A stretch of 57,635 bases of DNA, filler included, from Bipalium vagum (lineage: Eukaryota), in the NCBI GenBank assembly GCA_037834085.1. It is 3 parts of 3 records of this genome, joined end to end, with 100 filler letters (N's around TTAATTAATTAA, not from the genome) between each part and the next. Parts side by side here need not be neighbours in the genome. Positions count along the whole stretch, not along the records: positions 1 to 19,572 come from JBBMKC010270109.1; 2 more parts are not named here. One strand, 5' to 3'. Positions within the stretch are counted from its first letter, which is position 1. Every line of letters begins with the position of its first letter. The position numbers and the translations under genes were made by a program. The notes beneath the pieces are model-generated. The model did not search any database. It was given only the letters and a program-made list of their open reading frames with translations, and was not told where the DNA came from. Shown here piece after piece: positions 1 to 15,193 of this stretch.

Positions 1-1545
1 TTCTGATCTTTTTCTTTTTCAATCGTGAATTTGATATTCTGATGCAAATTGTTCATAAATGTGAGAAAGGGATCGATATCATTTTCTTCACCAAATATCA
101 AAAATATATCCTTAATAAATAAATAAAAGTTCGAAACATGTTTCATGAAAATATATATTTGAATAAATTTTGTATTCATTTAATAAATGGTGTATATTCG
201 AAAAATACATTTATATTGTTCACAAGATTAAGATTAATTAAATTAATATTAATAAAGATTTTTAAAATCCATCTGATTAAATAATAAAAACACAACACTT
301 ATTCAACTATTCAATTATGCTCATCGAATAAAAATGTTACAAAATCTTGACTATGAATTCAGAAAAAGTTGATAACGTAACAGTAACTAAAAGACGAGGT
401 GGAAATTTTACATCTTAATAAGATGGCACTAAATTGGAAATTCGATTTTTGGATTTTTTTGGCAAATTGTTTATTGAAAATTTCCAAAATTTTTGTTGAA
501 AAAAAAGATGTTTTCCAACTTGTGAATTACACCTGGAAAATAACAAATATGTTTATTAATTAATTGTGTAAATATCTTCTTTATTATTCATTCATAAGGG
601 TAAGGTGTAAACGTTATTAATCGAATTAATTTATTCATTAATTGAATTAATTCGCTTTCAGAAAATAGAACAAAATCTAAGTTAGTGAATCAAAATCTTA
701 AATTGCATTTGTTACTGGGATAATTTATTATCATTGACAGTTATTTAATTATACATTCATGTTTTTAATGCTTGAGGGGTTGAGTGTAGCTTATGTCTCT
801 AACAGTTCAATACGTTGCCCTAGGATGGATAATTTGATAGATTCTGTCATTTTCGTTATAAACAAAGATGAACTTGTTCATGTACATCTGGCCAATGTTT
901 TCATCGACATATCTGATGGAGAATTCCAAGCAATCATTGATAAAAGTAAACAATAGATAGTCATTACATAGATTCCAGTCCATGCCTTTCATTTGGATTT
1001 GATTGTTTATTTAAATTTTGTACATTTTCTCAACTGTAAAGATTAGATATGCTGTAATCCATGAAGAAACCTAAATATATTTATGATGGAAAACATTTCT
1101 CAGAAAAGTAATTAAAGATAATTAAAATTATGTGACAGGAAAGGTCTTAGGTTGGTAGAAACAATTTTAAGAGAATGTATGGAAAGAATGGAATTTACTA
1201 TGGGAATTAATAAAAAATTCTTGTTTTATTTCGTTTTTCATCCTATTAGATAACAGTGTTAACAAATGGATCTTGGTAATAAAATAATTTCCAAGAACTT
1301 AATGAAGATTCAATGCAAACGGGTAAATTTATAAAAAAATTGAAATTTGAAAAAAAGAATTTATTCAAAATTTAAACTTTCATACTATAATAACTTTCTT
1401 ATTATTATCACCAAGTTTTTATTAATTATTTAATTATTTTGTCAATCAGCATAATAACAATATTTTTGCAAACCAAAATTACAGATAAACAGTTAATAAT
1501 TTTCAGATGATGGTCATCAAGAATGCTAATTATAGTCATAATGGT

Positions 1546-1610
1546 AATAATAATAACAATAATAATAATAATAATAATAACAACAATAATAATAATTAAT
1601 AATAATAATT
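1546..1610. repeat. (AAT/AAC)n microsatellite
   Basis: Direct reading. Confidence 0.9.
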
Positions 1611-3223
1611 ATTAAAATTATAGTATTAATAATAAAAATATAAGTGAAATAAACAAAAATGAAAATTTATATATAATATATATATCAAAAGTAAATTTCG
1701 ATTTTTCTTTTTCCCAAAGTTATTTTCTTAATATATATTTTAAATAAAGAAGATAAAAATATTTTTCCTCTTGCTTATTTTGTAAAAATTAATCAACAAT
1801 GGAAATTTGAAACCAAATATTATTTAGATATGTTTAGAGAGGCTCGAAAAATTCTCTTTGATATTTTGAAATATGCTCCTGTGTAAGATGTGAGTCTGTT
1901 ATGCAGAAATAATTTTAAAATTAAACAAGAAATTATTACAACAAAATTGAAATTAAATAATCATTTGTTTAAGTTAACTATTTTAATCTAAATTCTGTTT
2001 TACAAAAATGATTTTCGAATATATCGATTTTTCGTTCAGGTGAAATTTTTCCTTGATAAACACGAAATTGGGAGATGATTGCGTTAAGTTTAGACGAATT
2101 TGTAACTATCAAATTAGGAGCAGTTTTAAACTGCGTTTAAGACTGGAATCATACTGACAAGGTATTTTTCAAAGAAATGATATGCATAATAATTGTATAA
2201 GAAAATGTTACCATTAAGTTTTGTGTTTCTTTTGTTTATCTTTCTATTTATGACATTTCCTCACATTACGAACCTTATCTCTTTGAAAGTCATTTATTGT
2301 TTCAAATATAAATAAATAAACAATTATTATATCTAAAGCAAAAAGTACGTCAGTCATTATATAATTATTTAAGAGTTAAATATAAAATATTTGTCAAAGT
2401 TTACAACTACTTAACAATATGAAGTATCATAATTAAGAAATTATATATAATAATTGACAAAATAATAATTTTTACGCATGGTTATGATTGGTTGTATTTG
2501 ATTGTTTTAATATATTGAATTTTTCTTAATTTCCTCATTTTGGTAATTGAAACAAGTGTTTAGGAAGAAGGTGAAATTCACATTCCAATCATGGTTTTAC
2601 ATTATGTAGAGTATATCAATTGAATCTCTTATTTAGCTTACATATATTTGGCAAAACTAATAAATAACGAAATAAAATATTTTTCATGAAAAAAACAAAA
2701 TTTTAATTTTTTCATCAATTGAAATTTTTAGAATTTTATAAAAACTTATTGTTAAATATAACCTTTTAATTAATTATTTTATGAATTATGTTTATTTAAG
2801 ACAGATCATAAACGCTTTAATATTTTTAAATATTGAACTTAAAATAGTAATTTTAAAACTTAATAATTAGTATCAAAATTTATATAATTATTAATAGAAA
2901 ATATATTAAGCCACTTATATCAGTCTTTAATGATAAAATTTTGCATACTGCATAAAATAAACAATAAACTTAAATTATTTTAAAATAATTTTTAATAATT
3001 TAAATTTAATTAATTAAAAGTGAATATTTTATTTCATTGATTAATGAAGAATTTATCAATTTCCTATTTGTAACAAATAATTTGGCCACATAAGAATTTC
3101 AGTGTGATTTTATAAAATAAAATATTTGACTTAATTGAAAGTATGAAAATTTATTTTCTTTTGACTTGTATTTGGGTCACAGATCCACATAATAATTGCA
3201 AAATAACTTTATTTTGATAATTA

Positions 3224-4215
3224 TTAGGCTGATAAGGAAATAATTGCATTTTTATACATTCAAACTTGACAACAATTTTTTAAAAAAAATTTGTTTGAAC
3301 GTATTAATTTTTATTAAAAGGGCAAAAAAAATTTTAATTTTCTTAGGTTTTACTTTACTATTTTATCTAATTTCGAAGTTGTATTATTTATAAAAATCAA
3401 GTTAAAAAAATTCCAAGTACAACCTGTTGCACCATCAATTTTGACAATAATGCTTGAGAGATCACAAGTAAATTTAATGAAAAAATTGAAATAAGTCCAG
3501 CAAAAGTGAACAACGTGCAAAACTGGTTCAAAACATTCTAGAGTATATATTGAGACTCCTGAAAGTGATGTAGGTTGTAGACGCCCCTCGACCGCTGACC
3601 ATGATAAATTACAGATCAACAGACAATGACTCCTAAGCTTGCGAAAACGTTTGGAGTCATTCACTCAACAATTCTAAACATCGAAGCTCGATAAATGAGT
3701 GCTACGTGAACTGAACGATTTTCAGAAATATCATTTGTATGAATTACGTTTCTCACTTTTGTTCTGGAGCAATGAGATATTTCTTCATATTATTGTGACC
3801 TGCGATGGAAAATAATTACACTATTATCTTTAATATCTTTCCCATAAAACAAGAGAAAATCTTCTACAACAGTGCTGTTCAGAATGCCTTTCATATGTTT
3901 ATCGATTTCAGGTGACTAGACATCTACAAAAAACCTTATTCCGCATTTGCATAAATATTTTGCTTTTCATAGATCATATTTTGAATGTAACACTTTCTTG
4001 TCTTCTAAAATCTTTAATAATAAATTTGTCTTTTAAAGAAGGCAACTATTTTAATATCAACACGATAAGAAAAGAAGGATGTATGGATAAACAAATTTTC
4101 TAAAACTCTCTTTTGAGATGAATAAAGTTTTTCATGTTAATAATTTTCATTTCAGAAGAAAAAATAATTACATTATTATAAATATCATTAAAAAAACGCA
4201 AAATTACAATTACTA
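3224..4215 (+). mobile_element. Decayed mariner element
   Basis: TA+TTAGGCTGATAAGGAAATAATTGCATTTTT TIR-like start; remnants RRPSTADHDKL (GRP motif), KLDK...ELN, FLHIIVTCDGK. Right end approximate. Confidence 0.7.
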
Positions 4216-5976
4216 AGGGATATGCTTCAATTATTAATTATTCCAAATTGAAATGAAATTTTAATGTTTTTTTTACAATATTGTTTGTTCAGTGGAATTT
4301 TTGGGATGAAAATATTTATATTATAATAAAATTGTAATAAATTAAAAAAATGGAAAGATTGAAATATATTACTGATAAATCATGACCCACATAATTCTAA
4401 ATAAACCATTTAAACTTGTTATTTCTATTAAAATCGTTACAATTTTGTTTTAATGACAAAAGTGATGAGGAATTTACAATTTAAAATTTTATTATTCCAT
4501 AAAAATAATATTGAAATATTTTAATATCTGTTTTATTGAATTATAGAGAAATTGATGTTCAGGGAAAACGAAACTCAGTAAAAGTTAGAAATTGTGGTTG
4601 TGATCTGAAATCATCTTTCAATTTTTTATTTTTTTATAATTGATTTGTTTGTATAATTTTGACGGATATAAAATTACGTTCATATAATGAATAAATGGGA
4701 GCTTAAAAATTAATGGCTTATTTTATTTCAATATAAATATAATTTCAATATAAAAACAACCCATAAATGTTGAAATGTTTCAATGAATATTTTGTCCAAA
4801 GAATAATTTATTCTTTTTGATATAATCCTGAAGCTGCAAGTCTCCTTAAAAGAAGTTATTCATTTCTTCTATTATGTAAAGTCTGTAAAATATTCATTTT
4901 TTTTCAATTTTTCTTTATACTTTTCTTTAACTTGGTGTCCAAATCAATATCTGCAAAAGACTTTATTTAAACAAAATTTTATTTAATTTTGGATATATTC
5001 TTTATGGTAAATATAAATATAATAATTAAATAATATAAATTATTATTAAAAATAATTTATTATAATTTGTAAAAAATAATTTATGGTGATATCGAATGTA
5101 TCAATGCTCTTTCTCTTCGTTGAGTACTGTAATAAAATCAGTTCATTTTTACTACTTTGTATCATATTGGGGATAACATTTTCCTATCTAATTCCTTTTA
5201 TATTTGCTCTGTTCTCACAGTAATACTTTTAATCAAAATAAATGGAAATAATAATCAATAATTATCCTTTCATGATCGGTTTTATAATTTTTTTCTAATT
5301 CTTTAATCACTATTGTTTTTAATTGTTTTGTTATAATCTTTAGAGTTTTCTGATGAACCATTTAAAATCAGTCATGAGTTATTTTCAATAATTATTTTTT
5401 TTATTATTTATTTTTTTATAAAAATAAAATATTTCAAAAAATAAACATCAACGTATTTCAAATTAAAATATTATTCATAAATATTTAATAATTAATTATA
5501 TTTATAAAAAAAAACTATTATGAAATTCTGTAATGTAAAGTTTAAAAAATATGTTCAAGTTTGCTTACAATTTTTTCAATTCTAGTAAAATTTTATTAAA
5601 TATTTCCTTAAATCTCTGTCTCTATTTGTAAAAGATAAAAGGAAATTTTTAGAATTCTAAGTAGAAAATTAAGTAACAACTCACAACAATTTTTTAAAAA
5701 TTATGAAAACAAAATTAAATTGTTTTGCTTTTTTAAGATATTTTTTTTACCGTACTAATAAATATAGACATTTTCAAATATGTCTCTATTTATTATTTTA
5801 GTATTTTTTAAAAATATTACAATACATATTACAATAGGAAACACGGGATCTATTTTGATTTACCTGTCACATTTCCCACTTTTTTTAAATTAATATTTTA
5901 ATCTTCAGAAATAATCAAATTAAAAAAATGTTTTAAAATTAAATAATTTATTATAACTTTATATTTCCCCAATCTA

Positions 5977-6411
5977 TTAGGTCTACACACTTGATTTTGG
6001 CGTTTTGACCTCTTTTTAAAAAGTCGATATATAAAAAGTCAAACCAATTACATTAAAAATGTTTATGTATAATAATTCCCATCATTCATAACAACAAAGT
6101 TTTGGAAGATTATGAATACCGTCATGAAACTTTTTTTGATTTGGTGCAAACAGACTCGTTCAGTCAAATTTGTACCTCATAATTTTTCAAACTCTGCTCT
6201 TAAAGAAAGTGTGATATCGAACGGAACAAGAAGTAATCTGATGGACCAATGTCTGGAGAGTATGATGGGTGGGGTAAGACATCCTATTTCAGCTGTTTTA
6301 TCGTCTCAGCAACAGTTTTTTGCAAAATCAGGCCGAGCGTTGTCATGGAGCAATATTACCTTACCATGTCTGTCAGCATATTCTGGTCTTTTTGCAATAA
6401 ATTTTTCATAA
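5977..6411 (-). mobile_element. Mariner 3' fragment with TIR
   Basis: Minus strand reads VILLHDNARP...VLPHPSYSPDIGPSDYFLFRS...HDGIHNLPK; TA+TTAGGTCTACACACTTGATTTTGGCGTTTT TIR at 5977. Confidence 0.85.
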
Positions 6412-7842
6412 TTGAATAATCAAAATAGTTTAATGGTTATGATAATTACGTTTAGAAATTTTATATATGAGAAAAAATATAAGGCTATCATCAGGCCCAC
6501 AGATATGGATTTTTAGTTTACCAGTCATATATTAGCCAATATGTTCTTCTCTATTAAAAAATCAATATATTTCTCAGTGTTGAATAAAATGTCATTAATT
6601 TCTAAAATATTTGGGATTTATTTTGATTTAACTATCGTGTTTCCGTTTCGTTTTAAATTATAATTCTAATCTTCAGTAACAAAATCATAACCCCAAATAT
6701 GTGGTGCAGTTATAACAATTCAATAACTTAGAAATTTAATTTTCAATAATTCACGGTCCACAGTAGACAAATGAGTATCTTTTACACTGAAAATAAATAT
6801 ACTATCAAATGTTACAGGAACTGGATATATCTGTAATGTTAAAATGTTATCTTCATTTTTAAATAGCTTTTTCAAAAAAAATGAACCAAACCCAAAAATT
6901 ATCCAATTTCGCAAAATTCAGTATTTTTAGGCAAAAAAATTCATAAGCAACCCGCTGATAATCGTAACCAGCACAGAAATTTATTGCACTTTATTCTACA
7001 ATCCAAGTAAAAACTCATTATTTGAAGATAAGAAAGTTTATCTTACGAACTCGTCCAAGGTATAATATATATATTGCCTCATGAATCTTTGACTACTTTG
7101 AGATTTATAAGTAAATCGTATCAGATATTTAAATTCTTAAAATTATGGCTTGAAAAGCAGCTGATCGTTAAATTCAGGAAGAAGTGATCTTGTAAAGTGA
7201 ACTTGTAAAGTGATCTTCAATGCCTAAAACATTTTTGAATATGTTGATGGAATCCTTCTTCAGAGCATTCTGTACAGTTTCCAGTTTCCATTAATGTATC
7301 ATTAATGACAATATCCCATTTTTTAAGCGGCTTTAGTCTTAATTCTGTGTTAAAATTTTATATTTTTTTGAAAAATTTTATGCATTCTGACTAATTAAGG
7401 TCTTTTGCGTATTTCTAAATATTATATCCCATTTTCGTTACATACCATTTTACAGTTTGTGAAATGCAATGGTGGTCTTACCTCCTATGAGTATTTTTTG
7501 AGAACGTCAAGATCTCTCTTTATGAATGCAAACATTGATTGTTAATGAATTCAGTTAAAATCGTAAATATTTATTGGAAATATGAATGTTTAACATGTCA
7601 AAATATGAAGGACTACTTTCTTTGGCCAACTGTGTATGATGATTTATTTAATACTTATGATTGTATTAAAACAATTCAAAAGCGGAATGATAAAATCATA
7701 TTTATTATGAATTTTTACATAAACATTTAAAATAAATATTTCCATTATTTTTAATTAAACTAAATTCATAAATCACACTTAATCCAAAGATCTATTTAAG
7801 TCATTATGAGAAACAGATGGTTTTAGTTGAAAATTAAACGGA

Positions 7843-7905
7843 GATACCGGGATTCGACCTTCACATGCGCATGGACTGCGCTGACCGCTGAGCTACAGAT
7901 GACAT
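7843..7905 (-). pseudogene. tRNA-derived fragment / SINE head
   Basis: Minus strand TGTAGCTCAGCGGTCAGCGC (A box/D arm) ... GGTCGAATCCCGG (B-box-like); no intact cloverleaf. Confidence 0.55.
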
Positions 7906-10900
7906 CTGTAAATGTATTTTCTTTAAACATAAAATCAATACTACCCTTGGAAAAAATTATATAATTTTCCATCAAAAGCAAAATAAAAATTTTAAATTCA
8001 AATTTTTTTAATAATTTTATGTACTACAATCAATTACCTTTTGTTTCCATTGGAACATTCATTATAAAATTTTAAAATCAATATTTCTCTAATTAACAGA
8101 TTTAATTACATTTAATTAATATTATTGTAAATTATAAATGTTAGAAAAAAATATTTTTTTTGAATGTGTAAAGTTCCAAATAATCAGAAGAAAACCTCTT
8201 TATAAATTATTTTTTTAAACATTGTTTTAAATAAATGATACAAATTCAAAGAAAATAAACACAAGAAAAAAGAAATTGTCTAAATATGCCTTTTTTAAGA
8301 ATGAATTAAAGTGTATTTATTTTGGTATTTATTTATAATATCAAATTACTTGTATTAAAAGTGACATTTAATCAATAGAATATTATAATTACATATTATT
8401 TTTTAACTTGATTTCGATAAGCATTTGAAATAAAGATGGACTTATTGAAGGAAAAGAACATTAATTGAAAATCAAAGACATAAATTAAAAAAAATTATTA
8501 AAACATAAAATGAAAAATAATGAAGTGTTTTAAATTTAATATCAAACATAACGGAATGTGTAACAATTATTTTTAAAATTATTTTTCCTGATCATTTAAT
8601 TACGAATCGTAATAAAATGAATTATTTATTTAATTTTTAGAAATCAGTAAAACTGTTCAAAAATTGTTCTTAGGTTTTTAAGATTAGGACATGTTCAAAT
8701 ATAAATATAAATCGATTTTAGAATCAATGACAAATTATTTTTTACAACTTTAATGATTTAATAAATTTGTTAATTAGAAGAAATCTTAATAAAAATTTTG
8801 AAAAATTCTAAATATTTTAAAAATAATAATAATAACTAATAAAATTATTTTATTCACTTTCTTTTATTAATCTTTGAAGAGGAAATATTTTAATTAATAA
8901 ATGGATTTACTAAAACTATCATAATCCATTTTCATTCTTTTGAAAATATATCAGTATATTATATATTTTTATTTTTTGTTTATATAGAATAAAATAATAT
9001 TTTCTGATGAATACTATTTTTTATTAATTATGATATTTTTTTGTTAATTTAAACAAAATTTAAAAATAAATTTCTTTCTTTCGAATGAAAAGTATACGTT
9101 GTAATTTATTATTTCAAGGTTAGATATCGTAAAAAATAATTGAAAATTAAAGTTCTTTTTAAAGCAAAAATCTGTCCAAAATTGTACAAAAATAATAAAT
9201 TTTTCTTAAAAAATAAATCGAGAACAAACGAACTTATTTACGTGAATTGCAGCTTCTTCCAGAAATAATATTAGTTTTATTTTATTATGGAGTGAATTTT
9301 TTCTTTCAAGTTCAAAGAGAAAATCATTCCAGTTAAAAATAATTGAGAAAAAACGGTTTTTTTGTACTCAGTTTTAGCAAAAAGGAAAATCATTGGATCA
9401 ATCTAATTGAATATAAAGCAGAAATAAATTCTTAGTTCAAAGTATTCAAAGTGAATAATTTACAGTTGCTGATTTAATTAATGATTGGAAAATATATTTA
9501 TTCCCAATCAATAATTTCAATTTGATTAATTTCTTTATTTTGAAGCCAGAATTTGTTTTAATGAGCTTCTATGTCAGAAAATTAGGTGGGATAATTTTTA
9601 ATTTGTATATTTTCTGAATAAATATTTTACTATTATTTTTTTAAGGAAAAATAAATTAATTTTTACCTAAATTTTCATTAACGTAATTTGACTCATTAAA
9701 TTTAATCTGCTTTACGTGATATTTTATATGTAATTAAAATATTAATTATAAAGGTTTTCTATTTCATAAAATTTTTAGAATATATTATTATTTTTATATT
9801 CTAAAAATATTCTTAAATTCAATTTTAAAAAAAATATTTAATTATTTAAGCAAATAATTTTTTAAAAATTTATTTCCTTTTCATATTTGTTTTGATTACA
9901 TATTTTCATTGTTTATGTATTTGCATTTAATTCTTATGTATTTACATTTTTAATTTTTAATTATGAATTCATTAATAAATTCAGTTAAAATTTTATTTCT
10001 TATGTTCTACGTGTTATGTGTTCATTTTTTCTTTTTCTGCTTATTATTATTATTATTATTATTATTTTAATTATTAATTAATATTTTAATAAGAAATTAA
10101 TTTAATAAAATACAATCATTAAAGATATTTTAATATTTATTAAAAATTTTATTTTATTTTTTTAAAGTTATTTTAATTAATTAAGTATTACTAATAATAC
10201 AAATAATAATTATTTTTTCTTTTTTCAAATCAATTTATCCATAATGCTCTACGGATATAAGTAGTGAAAGATGGAAAAGAAACTAAACTAGAAACTTGAT
10301 CTAAATTCAATATAAAATGAAAATTTATAAATAATATTTTATTAAAATTATCACTATATAGGGAAATAAAAATTTTGTAATATAATGAAATCTAATGAAA
10401 TAAAAAGAAATAATAATGAAAGAATTATTTCAACTGCTTCACATCGTAGAAATACAAATAAAATCCGAAATCCTTTCCATAAAGGTACAATCACAATCTG
10501 ATATATTTTGTGAAGTTTTTCATTTATTTCTTTCAAAAATATATTATTTTCCATATTTATAATTGTAAATCAATTATTGATTTCATTTCCAGTTTTCTTT
10601 AGTTCCTTTTCCTATCTTAATATTCTGTCATAAGAAACAAGGATCTTTAAAAATAAGTTTTATTAAATTATTGATTTTTTTTTGAAAATTTTTAAATCTT
10701 TCAATTATTCACTTAAATTCAAATAATCAATATTTTTTATAAAAGTTTATTATTATTTTTCAGTCATCAATATTTACTTTTCACTAATGGGATATTATAA
10801 AAAAATTTTAGTTTCAATAAATAAAATCTATAACTGGATTTTCTGTCATTTTAGACAGCAAAATCCAATATTAAAAAATGATGTAAAATTTATTCATTCA

Positions 10901-13900
10901 TTTTTGAAACTTTGTTTCACAACCAAATTCCAGTTCTGTTGTGTAATGTAACAATTATTATTGAGTTTCATCCTCAAATGGGTTCACTCTTTGACTGTTG
11001 GAATTATTATTACGAGGGAAAGCAGTTTTTGTTTTAAATTAGCGAGATTCTAAAAGGGAAACCAAAGAGAGGTTTATTTTGTTTTATAGATATTATTCCA
11101 ATAAATAAATCGGCGAGTGATTTGTCTGATTTTTTTCAATTTGATTTTCTTATAATCATTTCTATTTTATAAAATTTTTAATAATTTTACATTTGATTTA
11201 TTATCCTGAATTAACAATCAAAAGAAAAGCTTTTGTCTTCTGCCAAAGATTGTTTTGTTTGATTTTGTTGCCTTTTAATTAGAACTTGATAATTTTCCTG
11301 TAAGGGAAAGTAGACGACATTGAGAGAGGGAAGATGAAATTATTTTTGGGAATCTTCACAATTTTTTATAATAATATTAATAATAATAATATTTTTACTG
11401 TTTGTAATACATCTTTATGCATAAATATATTAAAAACTATTTATTAAGACATTTATTTATTTAAAAACATAAACCAAAATGTTTTTAATAAATTCATCTC
11501 TTGACAAAGCCAAATTAATATGTTTTCTCATATTCCTGTTGCCACCAATAAAATCAGCTTCTTCATTGCTTAATATATCATTGACTATGTAAGTATATTA
11601 TTTATATTATTATATATTATTACACCTTTAATAACATCCGAGTTACTAGGCTGTCTTTTTTTCTTTAATTGTTGAGTATCATACATATTATTCTTTTACT
11701 TAAATTCGTTGTAAATATGTAATATGTAATCAAACCTAGATTATATATTTATGAATAAATTGTAATACATTTATGCATAAAGCTGTAATATTAATCATAT
11801 TTATATCTGGAATAAAATTATTGTTAGTTACTGTTACATTATCGATAATTTCTAAATTCATAAAGTCAAGTATAATGTTTAGTCGAAGAAAATAAATGAA
11901 TAGATGAATAAGTGTTTATTTTTATTATTTATTTAAATAAAGTACTTATAATTATCTAAACTTTTTATTAATATTGATTTAATTATTTACTTTTTAAAAA
12001 AAAACTTTAAATTGATTAAAAAATATTTATAGCATTTATATTACATCAAGGATTAATTTTTAATATATTACTTTAAAATTTATTTGAAAAATATTTATTA
12101 TTATTTTTAAAAGAATTTTTTATTATTTAATATTAATTAAAATTTATTCTTTATAATTATAAACATAATTTTTATTTTCATTTAATATTCCCAATATGGT
12201 GAGATTTAATTAAACATTGAAATAATTTTTTAAGAAAAATCATGTATTAAATTTTTTTTATTATATATTTTAACATATTTACATATTTCTGAAATAATTA
12301 TATTATCTTGTCATTTTAATAATTTATTAAAATAGAAGTAAAATTTTAACAATTTTCACTGTCTACCTTTTCTTTCTTTGATAGCTCTACAAACTGTGTT
12401 ATGTATAACCCTAAAAATTATTAATAAAATATTTTATCATTTAAATTATAAGGGATCACTCAATTTTATTTCTAAATCTATTATTCTGTTTTCTGTCAAA
12501 TTAAGGGTTAAACGTATTACTTTTAGATTTAGGTAACAGCTGTACTGAAGTAATTGACTTTTAATGTCTTATTTAATTACTAATAACATATTCTTATTTT
12601 AATTAAATCAATCTTTTCAGTGAGAAAAGTATTAATTCGGAGAATTTCTGTCACCTTATCGAAGGATCTTGGTATTCTTTATTTACATTACTTCACAGTA
12701 AGTGTTAAAAAGTCTCTTGTTAGTTGAGAGTTAAGTAAAATCAGTATAGTTTGAGCTGTAAACCTAATTTCAGTTACAATAAACTGTGATATCATTCTTG
12801 TTAGTGGCGTCAACTCTGCGAAGGTTTCTTATAGATTTTTGGACTGTTTATATTTTATAAAGTAAAACTATTCATGGCTCCAGGACAAGAGCTATTGAAA
12901 TCCGAGACTACATGAGGCGACTAACTGAAGATATTGAATGCTTTTTGGAGAATAGATTTATTTGTGTGTGAAGAAATATATTCTCTGAGTTGCAAAAGAA
13001 TGTTCAGCTAATTACTGGATGTATAATCACTAGATTGGCTGATGGAATGTGACAGTTTCCAATAAATCGTGGCATAAAGAGATAAAATCAAAGTTGAAAA
13101 ACCTCCGGGGTCGGAGCATACCTGCAAGAGTACTGAAAAACAGTAGGAGATTAATAAAAAATAAAGACCATAATAAAAAGCGGAAGAAAATAATTTTCCC
13201 TTAATGGTATAATGATCTAATTCTTCATATATTATAGAATCCCTAATTGGAAAATATAAATCCATTTTAATAATAATAATACTAATAAAGTCAGGTCAAT
13301 ATTTCAATGTTACATATAGCAGAGCCGGGCAAATAAATTTGAAAAATAAATAAACTATTATTGTCATAAAAAAATAAATCTTGACAATAATTATATGATT
13401 TCCATTTTGTCAATCTCGATCATATTTTAATTAAATCAACTTTTTGGATTGTGTCACCATTGCTAATAAAAACCAAAAGACATTTTCTTCATAAAACAAT
13501 AAAGCGAAAAAATTTTAAAAATCGAAATTTATTAATTCCTGTGAAAACTTATGTGTTGTTAAAATTTAATTAAAAAATTATTTCTTTTCATTTCAGTAAT
13601 TTCTTAAATTAATTCAGACAATAATCAATAACATAAACTATTTTTTATAAATCAAATTTCCCGTTTGGCCAAATAAAAGATTGTTTTAATTTTTCACTTA
13701 ACAACTGAAAGAGTAAATAATAACTGATTTGAAAACATTGATTATTTGTCTAATTACTATTAAAAGCTGGATTGTTAATGATCGGAGATATATTTAATGT
13801 AAATCCTCTTAATTATATTAAATTTCATATTATCTTTCCAGGGATTTTCAGGAATTTAATAACAGATTAATTAATTTTTTCAAATATTATATTGAATTTA

Positions 13901-14759
13901 AATTAGTAAGGAATTTAAACAAATTAATAATAAAGAAAGGGATATAAAAAATATTCATCATCCGAAAAAGAAATCTTTTTAAGGATATCCCTATTTTTAA
14001 TAAACAATAAATCAATTAAAATATTTAGTGAATTATAATTTATTTACAGAAAAAAAGTAATACAGTCTTTGTCATAGATACAGTTTTAAAATATAATATA
14101 ATTCTGCCAAGAATATTTAGGAATAAAATAAAATAAATAAATAAATTTAATGACAATTTATTTCAAAATTATGATTTATTAATCATTTATAATTTCTTTA
14201 AAAATATAATGAAATTATTATTGATTTTTTACTTATTTTAACTATGGGTATGAAATATATTGACTTTTATTCTTAAAACTTTTCCCTTTTACAATTCTGT
14301 TGCGGTTCGGAAATAGTTTCATCTTTTCTTTTATTGAACTTTGTTTGCAATTCATGTATTCTTAATAAAGATTTCTTTCGATTTGTGCTGTTTATCTGAA
14401 ATTATGTTAAATGATGTCTGTTAATATGTTAATTCTAAAGATATGATAAGAAATTTGAATCGTTTGAATACTTATTGGTATATTTATTTCACATAAATCA
14501 GAACAGTAGTAGAATAATAATTGCCAGTGAATCCTTTTTCGGAAGGAATTGGAAATGACTTCAGAATACCATCCACTTAAAGAAAATTGCATATATCACA
14601 TTATCGCTTGTTTTTTATCACCCTTCTTCACTTTGAAGAAGGTCCCCTTCAGTAATCTTGGTACGCTTCAAAATAATGTATTAAAGTTTCATCACCCGCA
14701 AAAATTAAAAGAAATAGATTTTGCCAATTCATAGGATACGACTGAATAATGATTGACAT

Positions 14760-15193
14760 GTTTTTAGTTGTTCGTCCTTTTTTGACTCTGAAAATATGCG
14801 GTTCCTACCGGGAACAAGCCTTCTTGATTCGTAACTGAGTTTGTAATATTTTGTGGATGTTTAAAATTCCAGTACCAGTTATCTTTAATATCAGAGATGG
14901 TAATAAAAGAATCCATAATGACAGTTTTCTGGATATCCCTTATATTTTCAGGCGTTACCTCAGTTGAAGGACAACAATAAAGAGATTTAAAAATGTTGAT
15001 GATGTCAAAACAATGGTTAGGAGATTAGAGTGGTTCAGCTTAGTTTTTTAATAATCGAACTCATAAATTATTCGAATTGAGGGGGAAATATTGATGTTAC
15101 TAATGGAAATTATTTGTGGTAAAAATTTATCATTTTTCAATGTCATTGCATTGTAAATACTGTTAACCAATGAAGTCACGCTTGTATAACTAA
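14760..15193 (+). mobile_element. Highly decayed mariner 3' remnant
   Basis: FKNVDDVKT, THKL...TNGNYL C-terminal-like remnants followed by a TIR-like end (...cttgtataactaa TA). Boundaries approximate. Confidence 0.4.

Noticed and set aside
759-1070. Short ORFs and a possible minus-strand exon near the window start
   Set aside because: Slightly coding-like composition, but no recognisable domain or consistent splice and frame support.
1507-1600. Acceptor-like TTTCAG followed by MMVIKNANYSHNG and poly-Asn
   Set aside because: Openness is explained by the AAT microsatellite; no independent coding evidence.
6112-6411. 99-aa + strand ORF (similarly 3350-3664, 50430-50645, 54009-54239, 56318-56524)
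   Set aside because: Antisense shadows of mariner transposase remnants.
12405-12511. piggyBac-like MITE (ATAA-CCCT...AGGG-TTAA)
   Set aside because: Inverted match is too short and the left TTAA is imperfect; expected by chance in AT-rich DNA.
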